Below are positions 1 through 9,467 of a stretch of 64,000 nt of DNA, piece by piece. Position 1 is the stretch's first letter. Each line of letters opens with the position of its first letter. The DNA is from Bdellovibrionales bacterium (GTDB taxonomy: Bacteria > Bdellovibrionota > Bdellovibrionia > Bdellovibrionales > UBA1609), in contig CBDBBW010000007.1 of NCBI GenBank assembly GCA_965203225.1, forward strand, positions 7,122-71,121, given 5' to 3'. The translations under genes and the position numbers were made by a program. The notes below the pieces were generated by a model. That model saw nothing but the letters and a program-made list of their open reading frames with translations, was not told where the DNA came from and searched no databases.

Positions 1-73
1 CCCCGGAGGCTAAAATCAGCAAGCGGGTTTTTTTGTGGGAAATATTTTGATTCAGGTCAGATGCTTTGTTCAT
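1..73 (-). CDS. 5' end of an unidentified gene running off the window (MNKASDLNQNISHKKTRLLILASG...)
   Basis: ATG on minus strand at 73-71 preceded by an AAGGGGG Shine-Dalgarno-like run. Open to the window edge and too short to identify. Confidence 0.35.
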   Translation of the reverse strand, partial: MNKASDLNQNISHKKTRLLILASG

Positions 74-390
74 GTTCACTTGCCCCCTTTTCATTGATGA
101 TATTGTAAGTTATAGCGCTTGTGAAAAGCGATCGTAAAGTCTTTATCCGCTAACCGCTCTTTGGAGTCCATTTCACCACTTTCTGCCTGATTGTTCAGAT
201 GCTTTGTTCATGTTCATTTTCCCCCTTTTTCGGGAAATATTTTGATTCAGGTCAGATGCTTTGTTCATGTTCACTTGCCACCTTTTCATTGATGATATTG
301 TAAGTGATAGCGCTTGTGAAAAGCAATCGTAAAGTCTTTACCCACTAACCGCTCTTTGGAGTCCATTTCACCACTTTCTGCCTGATTGTT
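37..390. repeat. Tandem duplication, period ~195 bp (copies 37-195 and 232-390, plus a partial unit at 196-231)
   Basis: Read directly. The unit holds the last 46 nt of the FAH-family gene (345-390 = 150-195, exact), the whole intergenic region, and the RBS, ATG and first codons of the gene at 1-73. Confidence 0.9.
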
Positions 391-1337
391 CCGAAAATAT
401 TTTCACCGGGTTTGCCTCTCATTTCCACTTCTATTTTGTCTCCCACCTTCATGAAATCGGTTTGTATATTACCTGTGTCGATTTTTTCCAACATTCTTTT
501 TTCCGCTATACAACTACAACCAACGGAAGTATCTTGGTTGGAAATAGTGCCGCTTCCAATGATAGTGCCTGCGCTCAAACTGCGAGTTTTGGCGGCATGG
601 GAAATAATCTGTCCGAAATGAAAGTGCATTTGACCGGAATCGGCCCGCCCGAAAGATTGATCGTTGAAATTAACCAACATAGGCAGATGAACGCGCCCGT
701 TTCTCCATGCCTCTCCCAACTCTTCTTTTGTCACGGCAAAAGGAGCAAAACTGCTGGAGGGTTTTCCTTGAAAAAATCCAAAACCCCTTTTTAGTTCATC
801 CGGGATAAGACCTCTGAGGGAAATATCATTTATAAGCACAAATAAAATAATATGGCTCAAAGCCTCTTCGGAAGATACACCCATATTAATATCGTCCACA
901 ATCACACCCACTTCCGCCTCGAAGTCCGTTCCATGAGAAAAATCCTCCTGTGGAATGTCATCCAAGGGGCCTAAAAAGGTGTCACTGCCGCCCTGGTAAA
1001 CAAGTGGAATGGTCTCCAATGTTTCAGGTAAAGGGGCGTTTCGAGCTTTGCGCACCAGTTTAATGTGTTGAATATAGGCGGAAGCATCTATCCATGAAAA
1101 ACTTCTGGGTAAAGGGGCAGTTAGTTTTTCAGGATTTATGGCAAAAGAAGAAGCCGCCTGTGAGTTATTTAACTGTTCATATAATGTCTCTAAAGCGGGT
1201 TTAACAACAGCCCAGTTTTCAATTGCCTCCCTCATAGAGCGGGCGATTTGTGTGGCGAACACTCCGGTTTTATTGTCTGAGGAAACCACAATCAGACTGG
1301 AGTCCCGGCAGGCGGATTTAACACTGGCTAATTTCAT
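345..1337 (-). CDS. Fumarylacetoacetate hydrolase (FAH) family protein
   Basis: 330-aa ORF. The C-terminal half shows an FAH-fold pattern (DFEAEVGVIV acidic metal-site run, GKPSSSFAPF, GTIIGSGT). Confidence 0.8.
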   Translation of the reverse strand: MKLASVKSACRDSSLIVVSSDNKTGVFATQIARSMREAIENWAVVKPALETLYEQLNNSQAASSFAINPEKLTAPLPRSFSWIDASAYIQHIKLVRKARNAPLPETLETIPLVYQGGSDTFLGPLDDIPQEDFSHGTDFEAEVGVIVDDINMGVSSEEALSHIILFVLINDISLRGLIPDELKRGFGFFQGKPSSSFAPFAVTKEELGEAWRNGRVHLPMLVNFNDQSFGRADSGQMHFHFGQIISHAAKTRSLSAGTIIGSGTISNQDTSVGCSCIAEKRMLEKIDTGNIQTDFMKVGDKIEVEMRGKPGENIFGTIRQKVVKWTPKSG

Positions 1338-1434
1338 TTTTTCCCTTTTTGTTATTATTAAAGATATTGCACATACACAATTATTTTACTTTTATCGACA
1401 ATTTTTTTATCCGCTTTAGTTAAAAAATGAGAAT

Positions 1435-2568
1435 TTATCCATGTCCCTGCATTAAAGAGGGTTCGTAAGCTATTTTCTTTTTATTTTTAAAATCAATTTG
1501 ACTGAAATAATCCTGCACCAGAGTTAAAACTTCATTTTTATTTCTGCTTTGGAAAACCATTTGACGAAAACGAGCTGAACCAGGGTAGCCGGAGGAATAC
1601 CAAGAGGAAAACTTTTTATATTGCAGTAAAAACATTTTCTCATCGTAAAAATTTTCCAAATGATATTTAAGCCGATTCAGTATATCCATATAATTTTTTT
1701 TGGTTTCATTTTGTTTATCAAATGAAAAGAAGTTTGTATTGTTATTATTGCCCTCGGAAGGAAATATGTCATATTCCATTACATTTTTTTGCAGATTGTT
1801 TTTGTCGGTTTGTTTTTTTTTATTTGAAATTTCAACGATTCTTTTTTTTACATCCTGAAAAATCCAGGGGTTTTTCAGACAACCTCGTCCAATCATCATC
1901 CCATCGCATCCGCTTTCTTTTTTTAGTTTTAAAATTTGTTTTGGATTTGTCAGATCCCCGTTGCCAATGACGGGTATGGAGCTTTGCTTTTTTACTGTTG
2001 CTATATAGGGCCAATCCGCCTGACCTGAATAAGCCTGTATTCGTGTACGGCCGTGAATGGTGAGCCAGATGATTCCTTCGTCACCAGCTATTTTCGCTAC
2101 TGCATCTGTGTTGCGGGAATGTTGATCCCAGCCTGTTCTTACTTTAATGGACACAGGGATGGAAACAGCCTGTTTTACCGTTTTAAGTATTTTTTGCAGA
2201 AAAATTAAATCTTTCAAAATAGCGGACCCCGCCCCTTTTTTAACAATTTTAGGGACGGGACATCCAAAATTGAGATCAATAAAATCCGCGCCGGATTGTT
2301 CAATCATTCCCGCCGCATCCACCAAGGCGCTTAATTCCTCACCGAAAATTTGCACACCGACAGGTCTTTGATTTTCATCAAAGGACATTAATGCTTTACT
2401 TCTTTCATTTCCCAATTGCAGGGATTTTGCAGACACCAGTTCTGTTGTAACAATACCGCAATCCATTTCCCTCATAAAAGAGCGAAAAGGGCAGTCGGTG
2501 ATCCCGGCCATAGGCGCTAAAAAAAAAGTATTGTTTCTTAATTCCTTTAGAAGATTTTCCGCATTCAT
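1435..2568 (-). CDS. dus: tRNA-dihydrouridine synthase with a ~50-aa low-complexity insertion
   Basis: Dus TIM-barrel motifs LAPMAGITD, NFGCPV, HGRT, IGNGD. An N/K-rich insert (aa ~243-292) makes it 377 aa. Confidence 0.85.
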   Translation of the reverse strand: MNAENLLKELRNNTFFLAPMAGITDCPFRSFMREMDCGIVTTELVSAKSLQLGNERSKALMSFDENQRPVGVQIFGEELSALVDAAGMIEQSGADFIDLNFGCPVPKIVKKGAGSAILKDLIFLQKILKTVKQAVSIPVSIKVRTGWDQHSRNTDAVAKIAGDEGIIWLTIHGRTRIQAYSGQADWPYIATVKKQSSIPVIGNGDLTNPKQILKLKKESGCDGMMIGRGCLKNPWIFQDVKKRIVEISNKKKQTDKNNLQKNVMEYDIFPSEGNNNNTNFFSFDKQNETKKNYMDILNRLKYHLENFYDEKMFLLQYKKFSSWYSSGYPGSARFRQMVFQSRNKNEVLTLVQDYFSQIDFKNKKKIAYEPSLMQGHG

Positions 2569-2998
2569 TTTTAAAACCTTAAAGATTTTTAATTTTATAC
2601 CATGATATTATATATGTTCAAAATATTACTTTTTTGTGTGCTTATAAAACAATCTATTTTAGTTAAATGTGATTTCCTCTTCCCAAAAAAAGGGAGGACA
2701 GAGGCTGAGGCACAAGATATGTTTGTACAGGGACAGAGGATGAGAAACAGGGTATTTCTCGTACAGAGGCTGAGGATGAGAAGCAGGTTGCAAATAGGAC
2801 AATCCTTTGGATACACTGTCAACGATGTGTCCGGTATAAAGTGTCAATGATGTGTTAGTTTGCACGAAAGAGTATAGGGCACAGGATGAGGCAAGGTGTT
2901 TTTTTGAAAATGGATCATGATGATAAAGTGGTTATACAGTCAAAAATCTCTGATAACATTGGTATTTCGGACAACAATGCAAGAGGATTATAATTTTT

Positions 2999-3075
2999 CG
3001 GGGTGTAGCGCAGTCCGGTAGCGTGTCTCGTTCGGGACGAGAAGGTCGCTGGTTCAAATCCAGTCACCCCGACCA
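2999..3075 (+). tRNA. tRNA-Pro (anticodon CGG)
   Basis: Hand-folded cloverleaf: acceptor CGGGGTG/CACCCCG, anticodon stem TCTCG/CGAGA, loop TTCGGGA, T-arm GCTGG-TTCAAAT-CCAGT. Discriminator A and CCA are encoded. Confidence 0.9.
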
Positions 3076-3181
3076 TTTCAGTAAATTGACCCTATTACGG
3101 CATTTTTTACTAACTCTACCGGCTTTGTCATAAACTCTAAGCTCAAAAAAGGGAAAGGGAATATTATTTTCAGGGTTGAGG

Positions 3182-3288
3182 AGTAAACTTATCATTAACT
3201 ATAACCATACCAGTAACTGATTGTGGGGCGGGCTTTGACGGATGTGCGCGAAGTAAATTTATCATTAACTATAACCATACCAGTAACT
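3182..3288. repeat. Direct repeat of a 37-bp unit, period 70 bp
   Basis: agtaaaYttatcattaactataaccataccagtaact occurs at 3182-3218 and 3252-3288. Confidence 0.85.
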
Positions 3289-3313
3289 CCAGCATGGCCA
3301 CGAACTTGAGCAT

Positions 3314-3387
3314 CTCCGCTTTTTAATTTTGTCAAACAAATTTCCTATATGTGAAAATTGTTCATAGCGACTAACTTAATCTGAATT
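3314..3387. repeat. Copy A of a ~75-bp direct repeat bracketing msrA
   Basis: Near-identical to 4324-4401 (gtcaaacaaatttcctatatRtgaaaattgttcatag...ctaacttaatctg). Includes the msrA stop codon. Confidence 0.85.
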
Positions 3388-4092
3388 GAACATATTACGG
3401 CATTTACGAACTAAATTCCTTGTTTTTCGTAAAGGTTGGTTTCTTCCTGAGGCGAAGCTGTAAAACCAGTAACGAACAGGATTTTTTTTATGATAACCCT
3501 GATGGTATTCTTCCGCCTTGAAAAAAGTGGAATATTGAGTGATTTCTGTTGTGACGGGCTTTTTGAATATTTCTTTTTTTGGTAATTCTTCTTTTGATTT
3601 TTCCGCCAGCTTTTTTTGTTTTTCGTCGTGATAAAAGATGACCGGTCGATATTGGGGGCCTCTGTCCACAAACTGCCCTTTGGAATCAGTGGGATCAGTA
3701 TTTTTCCAGTAAATATCCAACAGAGTTTCGTAACTGACTTCTGCCGGATAAAATGTGATTTGAACAACTTCAACATGGTCTGTCCATCCGCTGGAAACTT
3801 CTTCGTATGAGGGGTTCTGCTGTTTTCCTCCGGCAAAACCGGATATAACATTTTTCACCCCTTTTACTTTTTCGAAAGCCGCCTCCATACACCAAAAACA
3901 GCCGCCGGCAAAAGTCGCTATCTCCATTTTGGTTTCATTTGGTTTGTTTATCGGCAGAGGATCTTGATTTGGTTTAGTGTTTTCAGGTTGTTTTTCAGTC
4001 TGTGTTTCTTTTGGATTTATTTGTTCAGAAGAAAAAGAAAAAGGTAAAGGTAAAAATAAAAAAACCATCATTAAAAGAATTATTTGTTTCAT
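3376..4092 (-). CDS. msrA: Peptide-methionine (S)-S-oxide reductase with N-terminal signal peptide and extension
   Basis: GGCFWCMEA active-site motif. N-terminus MKQIILLMMVFLFLPLPFSFS looks like an export signal. Confidence 0.9.
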   Translation of the reverse strand: MKQIILLMMVFLFLPLPFSFSSEQINPKETQTEKQPENTKPNQDPLPINKPNETKMEIATFAGGCFWCMEAAFEKVKGVKNVISGFAGGKQQNPSYEEVSSGWTDHVEVVQITFYPAEVSYETLLDIYWKNTDPTDSKGQFVDRGPQYRPVIFYHDEKQKKLAEKSKEELPKKEIFKKPVTTEITQYSTFFKAEEYHQGYHKKNPVRYWFYSFASGRNQPLRKTRNLVRKCRNMFNSD

Positions 4093-4323
4093 TGCACTCT
4101 CCTTTTATGAGTTTTTACTTTGAGAGAAAATCAACAAAAAGAAAATGTACCATATATAAATCCGAGGAATCAAACGGATTCAACAAATCAGCGAAAATAT
4201 TAAAACTGGTTTATATAAGAACCCTCTACCCCTATGCCTTCAAGAAAAACAAGTCCAAAAACTTGAACTGAAAACAAAATACCAATACATAAAATAGCAA
4301 ATTTCACCTTGTCCTTAATTTAT

Positions 4324-4401
4324 CTCTGCTTTTTATTGTGTCAAACAAATTTCCTATATATGAAAATTGTTCATAGAGGCTAACTTAATCTGGTCTGAAT
4401 T
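4324..4401. repeat. Copy B of the msrA-bracketing direct repeat
   Basis: See 3314-3387. Lies upstream of msrA. Confidence 0.85.
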
Positions 4402-4594
4402 ATTTATTTTGGTTGGACCCGATGAGAGAGCTGTGTAAGCAACAACTTGAAAGAATAAAATTTGTTAATCCTGTATATACCATAGAGGATTACTAACTTG
4501 TTGGGATTGGTTTTTCACTTTTTTTAATAAACATATTTTTACTGTGTCTGCAAGGGTATAAAAAGTGAAAGTATATTGGTGTCTCTGAATTATA

Positions 4595-5965
4595 TTATAT
4601 AAAAAGGCTTAAAGGGTTTTCTATTTTTTGAATAAAAAACTTAAGCGCCCGCGCCGACACCGCACCGTCAATCAACCGATGATCGCAGGTCAGGGAAAAA
4701 TTCATTGTCTTTTTGGGTATAAAAGCGGAACCATCCCAGCAGGGTTTCACATAAATACGATACATGCCCAAAATAGCGGACTCCGGCGCATTGATAATGG
4801 GAGTGGCGTATTCTCCCCCCAAACTGCCAATATTGGTGATGGTGACAGTGCCTTCACTCATCTCCTCCGGGGAAATACTCCCCGCTCGGGCTTTCTCCGC
4901 CAGAGTTTGAATTTCAAAACTCAGCTCCACCAGGGATTTTTCATCCACATTCTTTATCACCGGAACCAACAGGCCACGGGGAGTATCCACGGCAAAACCA
5001 AAATTATAATATTTTTTAATTACAATTTCTTTTGCAAAATCGTCAATACCAGCATTCAGTTCGGGAAACTCCCGCACCGCCTGTAAAAGACACTTCATTA
5101 CAAAAGAAAGATAGGTAACTTTTATGTTCCTTTCCTTGAGCATATCTTTAACGGAATTTTTCAGTTGGTCCAATCGCTCCACTTCTGCCGACTCCAGCAA
5201 GGTAAAATGAGGAATGACCACTTTGGAGGCTTGCATTTTTTCCGCTATTTTTTTTCTCACCCCTTTAAGAGGTCTTCGTTCCTGCCGGTCCTTCGCCGGA
5301 ATGAAAAACCCGTAATTTGTATCACTTTCCCGTGCTCTATCCGCCCCACCTCTGTCCACAGTGTCCGAAGAGAAATAAGGTACATCATTCAATGTACCGG
5401 CTGAAGACCGGCCGGAATATTTCAAAACATCTTCCTTGGTAACCCGACCGGATAAGCCAGAACCCACAATTTGGCTTAAGTTAACACCCAGCTCTCTTGC
5501 CAGCCGCCGGGTAAAAGGGGTCGCCAACACAGAAGAGTCCTCCGCCGATATATCCTCATCCATTGATTGCAGTTTTGGATCCGCACTAAGAGGCTTTACC
5601 GGATGAATGGATTTTAAAACCGGGCGGACAGACTGCTCGGAAACAGAAAGTTTTGAAATATTTTCCTCTTTATTTTCCTCTTTAGAACTTGTTTCTTTAT
5701 CAAGGCTTTTTATCATTAAAAGCCTTTGCCCCACCTGAACTGTCTCCCCCTCCCTGGCTGAAAAGGATTCTACGATTCCATCAAAAGGGGAGGGCACCTC
5801 CATAGAAGCTTTGTCGGTCATCACCTCCGCCACCGGTTGGTCAATCTGAACTGAATCCCCTTCGGAAACCAGCCACTTAACCAATTCCCCCTCCGTGACC
5901 CCTTCCCCCAGTTCCGGTAGTGTTATTTCCTGACTGTCCTCGGCAGATTTGTTTTTCATAACCAT
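4595..5965 (-). CDS. 2-oxoacid dehydrogenase E2 component (dihydrolipoamide acyltransferase)
   Basis: Lipoyl-attachment motif VMTDKASMEV, a peripheral subunit-binding region, and catalytic DHRLIDG near the C-terminus. Confidence 0.9.
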   Translation of the reverse strand: MVMKNKSAEDSQEITLPELGEGVTEGELVKWLVSEGDSVQIDQPVAEVMTDKASMEVPSPFDGIVESFSAREGETVQVGQRLLMIKSLDKETSSKEENKEENISKLSVSEQSVRPVLKSIHPVKPLSADPKLQSMDEDISAEDSSVLATPFTRRLARELGVNLSQIVGSGLSGRVTKEDVLKYSGRSSAGTLNDVPYFSSDTVDRGGADRARESDTNYGFFIPAKDRQERRPLKGVRKKIAEKMQASKVVIPHFTLLESAEVERLDQLKNSVKDMLKERNIKVTYLSFVMKCLLQAVREFPELNAGIDDFAKEIVIKKYYNFGFAVDTPRGLLVPVIKNVDEKSLVELSFEIQTLAEKARAGSISPEEMSEGTVTITNIGSLGGEYATPIINAPESAILGMYRIYVKPCWDGSAFIPKKTMNFSLTCDHRLIDGAVSARALKFFIQKIENPLSLFI

Positions 5966-6001
5966 TCACTTTTCCTGGTTTAAGTCTTTTCCCTGTCAGG
6001 T

Positions 6002-6934
6002 TTATTTACCGTTCACTTTTAACAAAGCCTTCATAAAAAGCTCCCCGGCCCTGTAAGAGCTTCTCACCAAAGGACCACTGGCCACATAGAGAAAACCCTG
6101 TTGCAAAGCGTATTCCTTCCATTCATCAAATTTTCGGGGAGTAACATACTCCTCCACTGGCAAATGCCGTTTCCCAGGACGCAGATACTGACCAAATGTC
6201 ACAACATCACAACCCACCGAACGCAAGTCCCTTAAAGTGTCTTTTACCTCCACATCCCGCTCCCCCAAGCCCAGCATAATAGAGCTTTTTGTATAAATCC
6301 GCGCAGTCCTGCCGTTGCCAGCCTCTGTATGAAATTCCCTTTCTTTTTTAATCATCTCTAATATATTCAGGGATTGCCGGTAGCCAGCCCGGCGATCGCG
6401 CACCCGAGGAGTAAGACGCTGAACTGTCTCCACATTATGAGCAAATACATTCGGGCCAGCAGATACAATAGTTTTCACACAATCCCGCCGGCCTTTAAAA
6501 TCCGGAGTCAAAACCTCCACCAATAAATCCGGCGCTTTCTCCTTTAAGCACCGAATGGTCTTCGCGAAGTGACCGGCACCTTCGTCCGGCAAGTCATCCC
6601 GATCCACAGAAGTTAATACAACATACTCCAAACCCATTTGAGATACCGCTGTCGCCACTTTGACAGGCTCTTCTTCATCCAACCAAGCTTTAGGATTGCC
6701 TGTCTTGACATTACAAAAACGACATCCTCTGGTACAAATATCCCCCATTAACATAATAGTGGCCGTACCCCCGCCCCAACACTCCGCCATATTAGGGCAA
6801 CGCGCCTCCTGGCAAACAGTAACCAAATCCAGGGACTTCAGCAAACGACGAATACGAAAATATTTCTCCCCTGAAGGAAGCGGAACCTTTAGCCACTGAG
6901 GTTTTATCTTTTGTGCAGAGGAGATATGAGACAT
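6002..6934 (-). CDS. lipA: Lipoyl synthase
   Basis: [13 protein letters not shown] and radical-SAM CTRGCRFC cysteine clusters. 310 aa. Confidence 0.95.
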   Translation of the reverse strand: MSHISSAQKIKPQWLKVPLPSGEKYFRIRRLLKSLDLVTVCQEARCPNMAECWGGGTATIMLMGDICTRGCRFCNVKTGNPKAWLDEEEPVKVATAVSQMGLEYVVLTSVDRDDLPDEGAGHFAKTIRCLKEKAPDLLVEVLTPDFKGRRDCVKTIVSAGPNVFAHNVETVQRLTPRVRDRRAGYRQSLNILEMIKKEREFHTEAGNGRTARIYTKSSIMLGLGERDVEVKDTLRDLRSVGCDVVTFGQYLRPGKRHLPVEEYVTPRKFDEWKEYALQQGFLYVASGPLVRSSYRAGELFMKALLKVNGK

Positions 6935-7069
6935 AGAATTCGTTTTAACACAAACAAGAAAAATATTTTATGATTTTTTGGACTTTGTTTTATTTCCTTG
7001 CTTCAAGCAAGCTGGTATCCCCCATGGACTCCCATTTTCTTTTATTGAAAATCAAGCCTTGTTTCAAGG

Positions 7070-7098
7070 CAACAAAAAGGGCCTGAAATTTCAGGCCC
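7070..7098 (-). terminator. Rho-independent terminator candidate downstream of the DsbA-like gene
   Basis: Perfect palindrome gggcctgaaatttcaggccc (7079-7098), followed on the minus strand by TTTTTGTT. A second small hairpin gccttgtttcaaggc sits just downstream. Confidence 0.55.
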
Positions 7099-7163
7099 TC
7101 AAAGTGCAATCAACTCTATCGGAAAATATTTATACTCTGGATTTTATTTTACGCTTAAGGTTT

Positions 7164-8105
7164 TCACTCCTTTTCATCCTCTGCTTTCTCTTCATCCTCT
7201 GCTTTCTCTTCATCCTCTGCTTTCTCTTTATCCTCTGCTTTCTCTTTATCCTCTGCTTTCTCTTTATCCTCTGCTTTCTCTTCTTCTTCTTCTTCTTCTT
7301 CTTCTTCTTCTTTCTCTTTCTTCATCTTAGCGACGTTTTTCAGCTTAGGCAGATGACAGTTTTCCAGAATTTTTTTAAATTCAGAAAAAGGCACGGCCCC
7401 CGGAACGGTTACACCTCCCACCAGGAAACCCGGAGTGCCGGAGAAGCCGAATTTTTCCGCTTCTTTCTTATCTGCTTCAATGATTCCTCCCACCAGGTTT
7501 AAATCCGTTTCCAATTTATTCATATCCACTTTCAAGGCTTTGGCCAATTCTTTGAAAAACTTATCTCCGTTTTTCACTTCACTTCTTCTTTTAAAAACCA
7601 TGTCATGAAAATCCTGGGCTGATTTTGAGTCCTGCATACCAATAGCTTCATAATATTCCGCCGCTTTGGCAGAACCAGGGAAAAGAGGCTTATGTTTATA
7701 AAGCACCCTCACCTGATCGGGGTATTTTTTTAAAACTTGCTTAATTGTGGGAGCCACTTTGGCGCAGTACCCACACTGAAAATCAGAGTATTCCACAATA
7801 GTGATAGGCGCGTCTTTGTTCCCAAAATATACACGGGAGTCTTTCATTTCCGGCTTTTTAGGATTTTTGCACTCAGCTTCTCGAGCGGCGATTTCTTTTT
7901 CCTGCTGTTTCTTTCTTCTGTTTACCATATACTCGCGCTGAGCTTCCGCCAAAGCATCCATATATAATACAGGATTACTCTTGATGGATTCCGTAATAAT
8001 TTCAGGATTATCCTTCAGCAGTTTCTTTAAAAAAGCCGGGCCACAGGAGGCTAAAAACGGCACGATACACATTATGAACAATAATTGAAAGTTTGTTTTT
8101 TTCAT
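7164..8105 (-). CDS. DsbA-family thiol:disulfide oxidoreductase lipoprotein with a long acidic repeat tail
   Basis: Lipobox LASC in the signal peptide and CXXC site FQCGYC. The C-terminal ~60 aa is poly-E plus (EKAEDK/E)n. Confidence 0.8.
   Translation of the reverse strand: MKKTNFQLLFIMCIVPFLASCGPAFLKKLLKDNPEIITESIKSNPVLYMDALAEAQREYMVNRRKKQQEKEIAAREAECKNPKKPEMKDSRVYFGNKDAPITIVEYSDFQCGYCAKVAPTIKQVLKKYPDQVRVLYKHKPLFPGSAKAAEYYEAIGMQDSKSAQDFHDMVFKRRSEVKNGDKFFKELAKALKVDMNKLETDLNLVGGIIEADKKEAEKFGFSGTPGFLVGGVTVPGAVPFSEFKKILENCHLPKLKNVAKMKKEKEEEEEEEEEEEKAEDKEKAEDKEKAEDKEKAEDEEKAEDEEKAEDEKE
7173..7312. repeat. Coding repeats: six 18-bp units, then a (TTC/GAA)n run of about a dozen copies
   Basis: tt[c/t]atcctctgctttctc x6, followed by ttcttcttc... 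Encodes the acidic tail of the DsbA-like protein. Confidence 0.9.
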
Positions 8106-8299
8106 TTTAATCCCCTTTGTTAGTGTTAATATTATCGCATTAAGATCACTAAAAATGTAAACATTTTCTATAGATGTAAGTTTTTTCCTCAGCTCTTAGC
8201 ATTATAAGCATATTATTGTAAATAAGCTAAAATCAAAAAGCAAATAGAAAAACTAAAGACCGTTGACTCTCACTCCTTCACCCCATAAGCATATATGTT

Positions 8300-9346
8300 A
8301 TGAATATAGCTATCGTCGGCGCCACTGGCATGGTGGGTCAAAAATTTCTTCAACTGATACAGGAAAGAGATTTTCCAGTAAATGAATTAAGACTTTTTGC
8401 CAGTCAAAAAAATGCAGGTAAAAAACTCATTTTTCGCAACAGGGAATACATAATTCAATCCTTAAAGGAGGATTGCTTTAACAAACTGCAAATCGCCTTT
8501 TTTTCCGCCGGGGAAACAATCAGTCGGCAATGGGCGCCTAAAGCGGCGCAGGCCGGATTGGTAGTCATTGACAATTCCTCCGCTTTTCGGATGGAAAAAA
8601 AAGTGCCCCTCATTGTACCGGAAGTAAACGCAGACTGTATAAAAAATTTAAACCCACAAGACAAAGGCAGAATTATAGCCAATCCCAACTGCTCCACTAT
8701 ACAGCTGGTTGTGGCTTTACACCCTTTGCACTTGCAGTTTGGACTTAAATTCGCCCATATTTCCTCTTATCAATCCTTAAGCGGCGCAGGCCGGGCGGCT
8801 CTGGACCTTTTGAAACAAGAATCACAGGTTATTTTGAAAAATCAAAAGACCGGGGGACAATCCCCCGTTCAAGAGGACCTGTCCCTTCCTTCAAACGAAA
8901 AATCATCGGCTTTTAACTGCATTCCGCAGATAGGCGACATAAACGAAGAGGGATTTTCCACGGAGGAAGTCAAGCTTATGCACGAAACAAAAAAAATTTT
9001 AAGGCTACCGGACTTGAAAATCACCGCCACGGCGGTTCGGGTGCCCACCTTTAACGGCCACGGGGAAGCTGTAATAGTCGGTTTAAAAAAGCTGGCTAAA
9101 TTGAAGGAAATCACAGGCGCTTTAGAACAACAGGAAGGTTTGACAGTCCTTCAGGGAGAAAACCTGCCCCATCAGCGGTTCGTAAGTAACAGGGATCAAG
9201 TGTATGTGGGGCGGATCCGCGCAGTACCGGAGGAAAACGGAAAAAGTTGGATTATATGGGTGGCGGCGGATAACTTGAGAAAAGGAGCCGCCCTCAATGG
9301 CCTGCAAATAGCCGAAACTCTTCTGCCTAACTTTCAGCCAAGCTAA
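8300..9346 (+). CDS. asd: Aspartate-semialdehyde dehydrogenase
   Basis: N-terminal IVGATGMVGQ Rossmann motif and active-site NPNCSTIQL. 348 aa (short type). Confidence 0.95.
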   Translation: MNIAIVGATGMVGQKFLQLIQERDFPVNELRLFASQKNAGKKLIFRNREYIIQSLKEDCFNKLQIAFFSAGETISRQWAPKAAQAGLVVIDNSSAFRMEKKVPLIVPEVNADCIKNLNPQDKGRIIANPNCSTIQLVVALHPLHLQFGLKFAHISSYQSLSGAGRAALDLLKQESQVILKNQKTGGQSPVQEDLSLPSNEKSSAFNCIPQIGDINEEGFSTEEVKLMHETKKILRLPDLKITATAVRVPTFNGHGEAVIVGLKKLAKLKEITGALEQQEGLTVLQGENLPHQRFVSNRDQVYVGRIRAVPEENGKSWIIWVAADNLRKGAALNGLQIAETLLPNFQPS

Positions 9347-9354
9347 ATACCCCC

Positions 9355-9467
9355 CTACCCCCCCCCTCTTTACACCTCAAAAAACCGCATCAGGTTGTTT
9401 CATAGCCGCTGTAGACAGACATGGCTACCCCCCCTCTTTACACACCTCAAAAAACCGCAACAGGGTT
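9355..9467. repeat. Direct duplication (~41 bp, period ~71 bp) of the 5' end of the next gene
   Basis: tacccccc(c)ctctttacac(ac)ctcaaaaaaccgcaWcagg occurs upstream of, and again at, codons 2-15 of the ORF starting at 9421. Confidence 0.85.

Noticed and set aside
2595-2865. Three small overlapping ORFs and degenerate acagaggMtgagR repeats upstream of tRNA-Pro
   Set aside because: The ORFs overlap each other in different frames with low-complexity translations. The region is more likely a non-coding tRNA promoter or leader. I could not define a convincing repeat structure or RNA fold.
6978-7502. 174-aa plus-strand ORF with LFILCF repeats and poly-Phe
   Set aside because: It is the antisense reading of the acidic repeat tail of the DsbA-like gene. 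The same reasoning rejects 47163-47435 (antisense to the acidic decapeptide repeats) and 21343-21802 (antisense to the K/E-rich tail).
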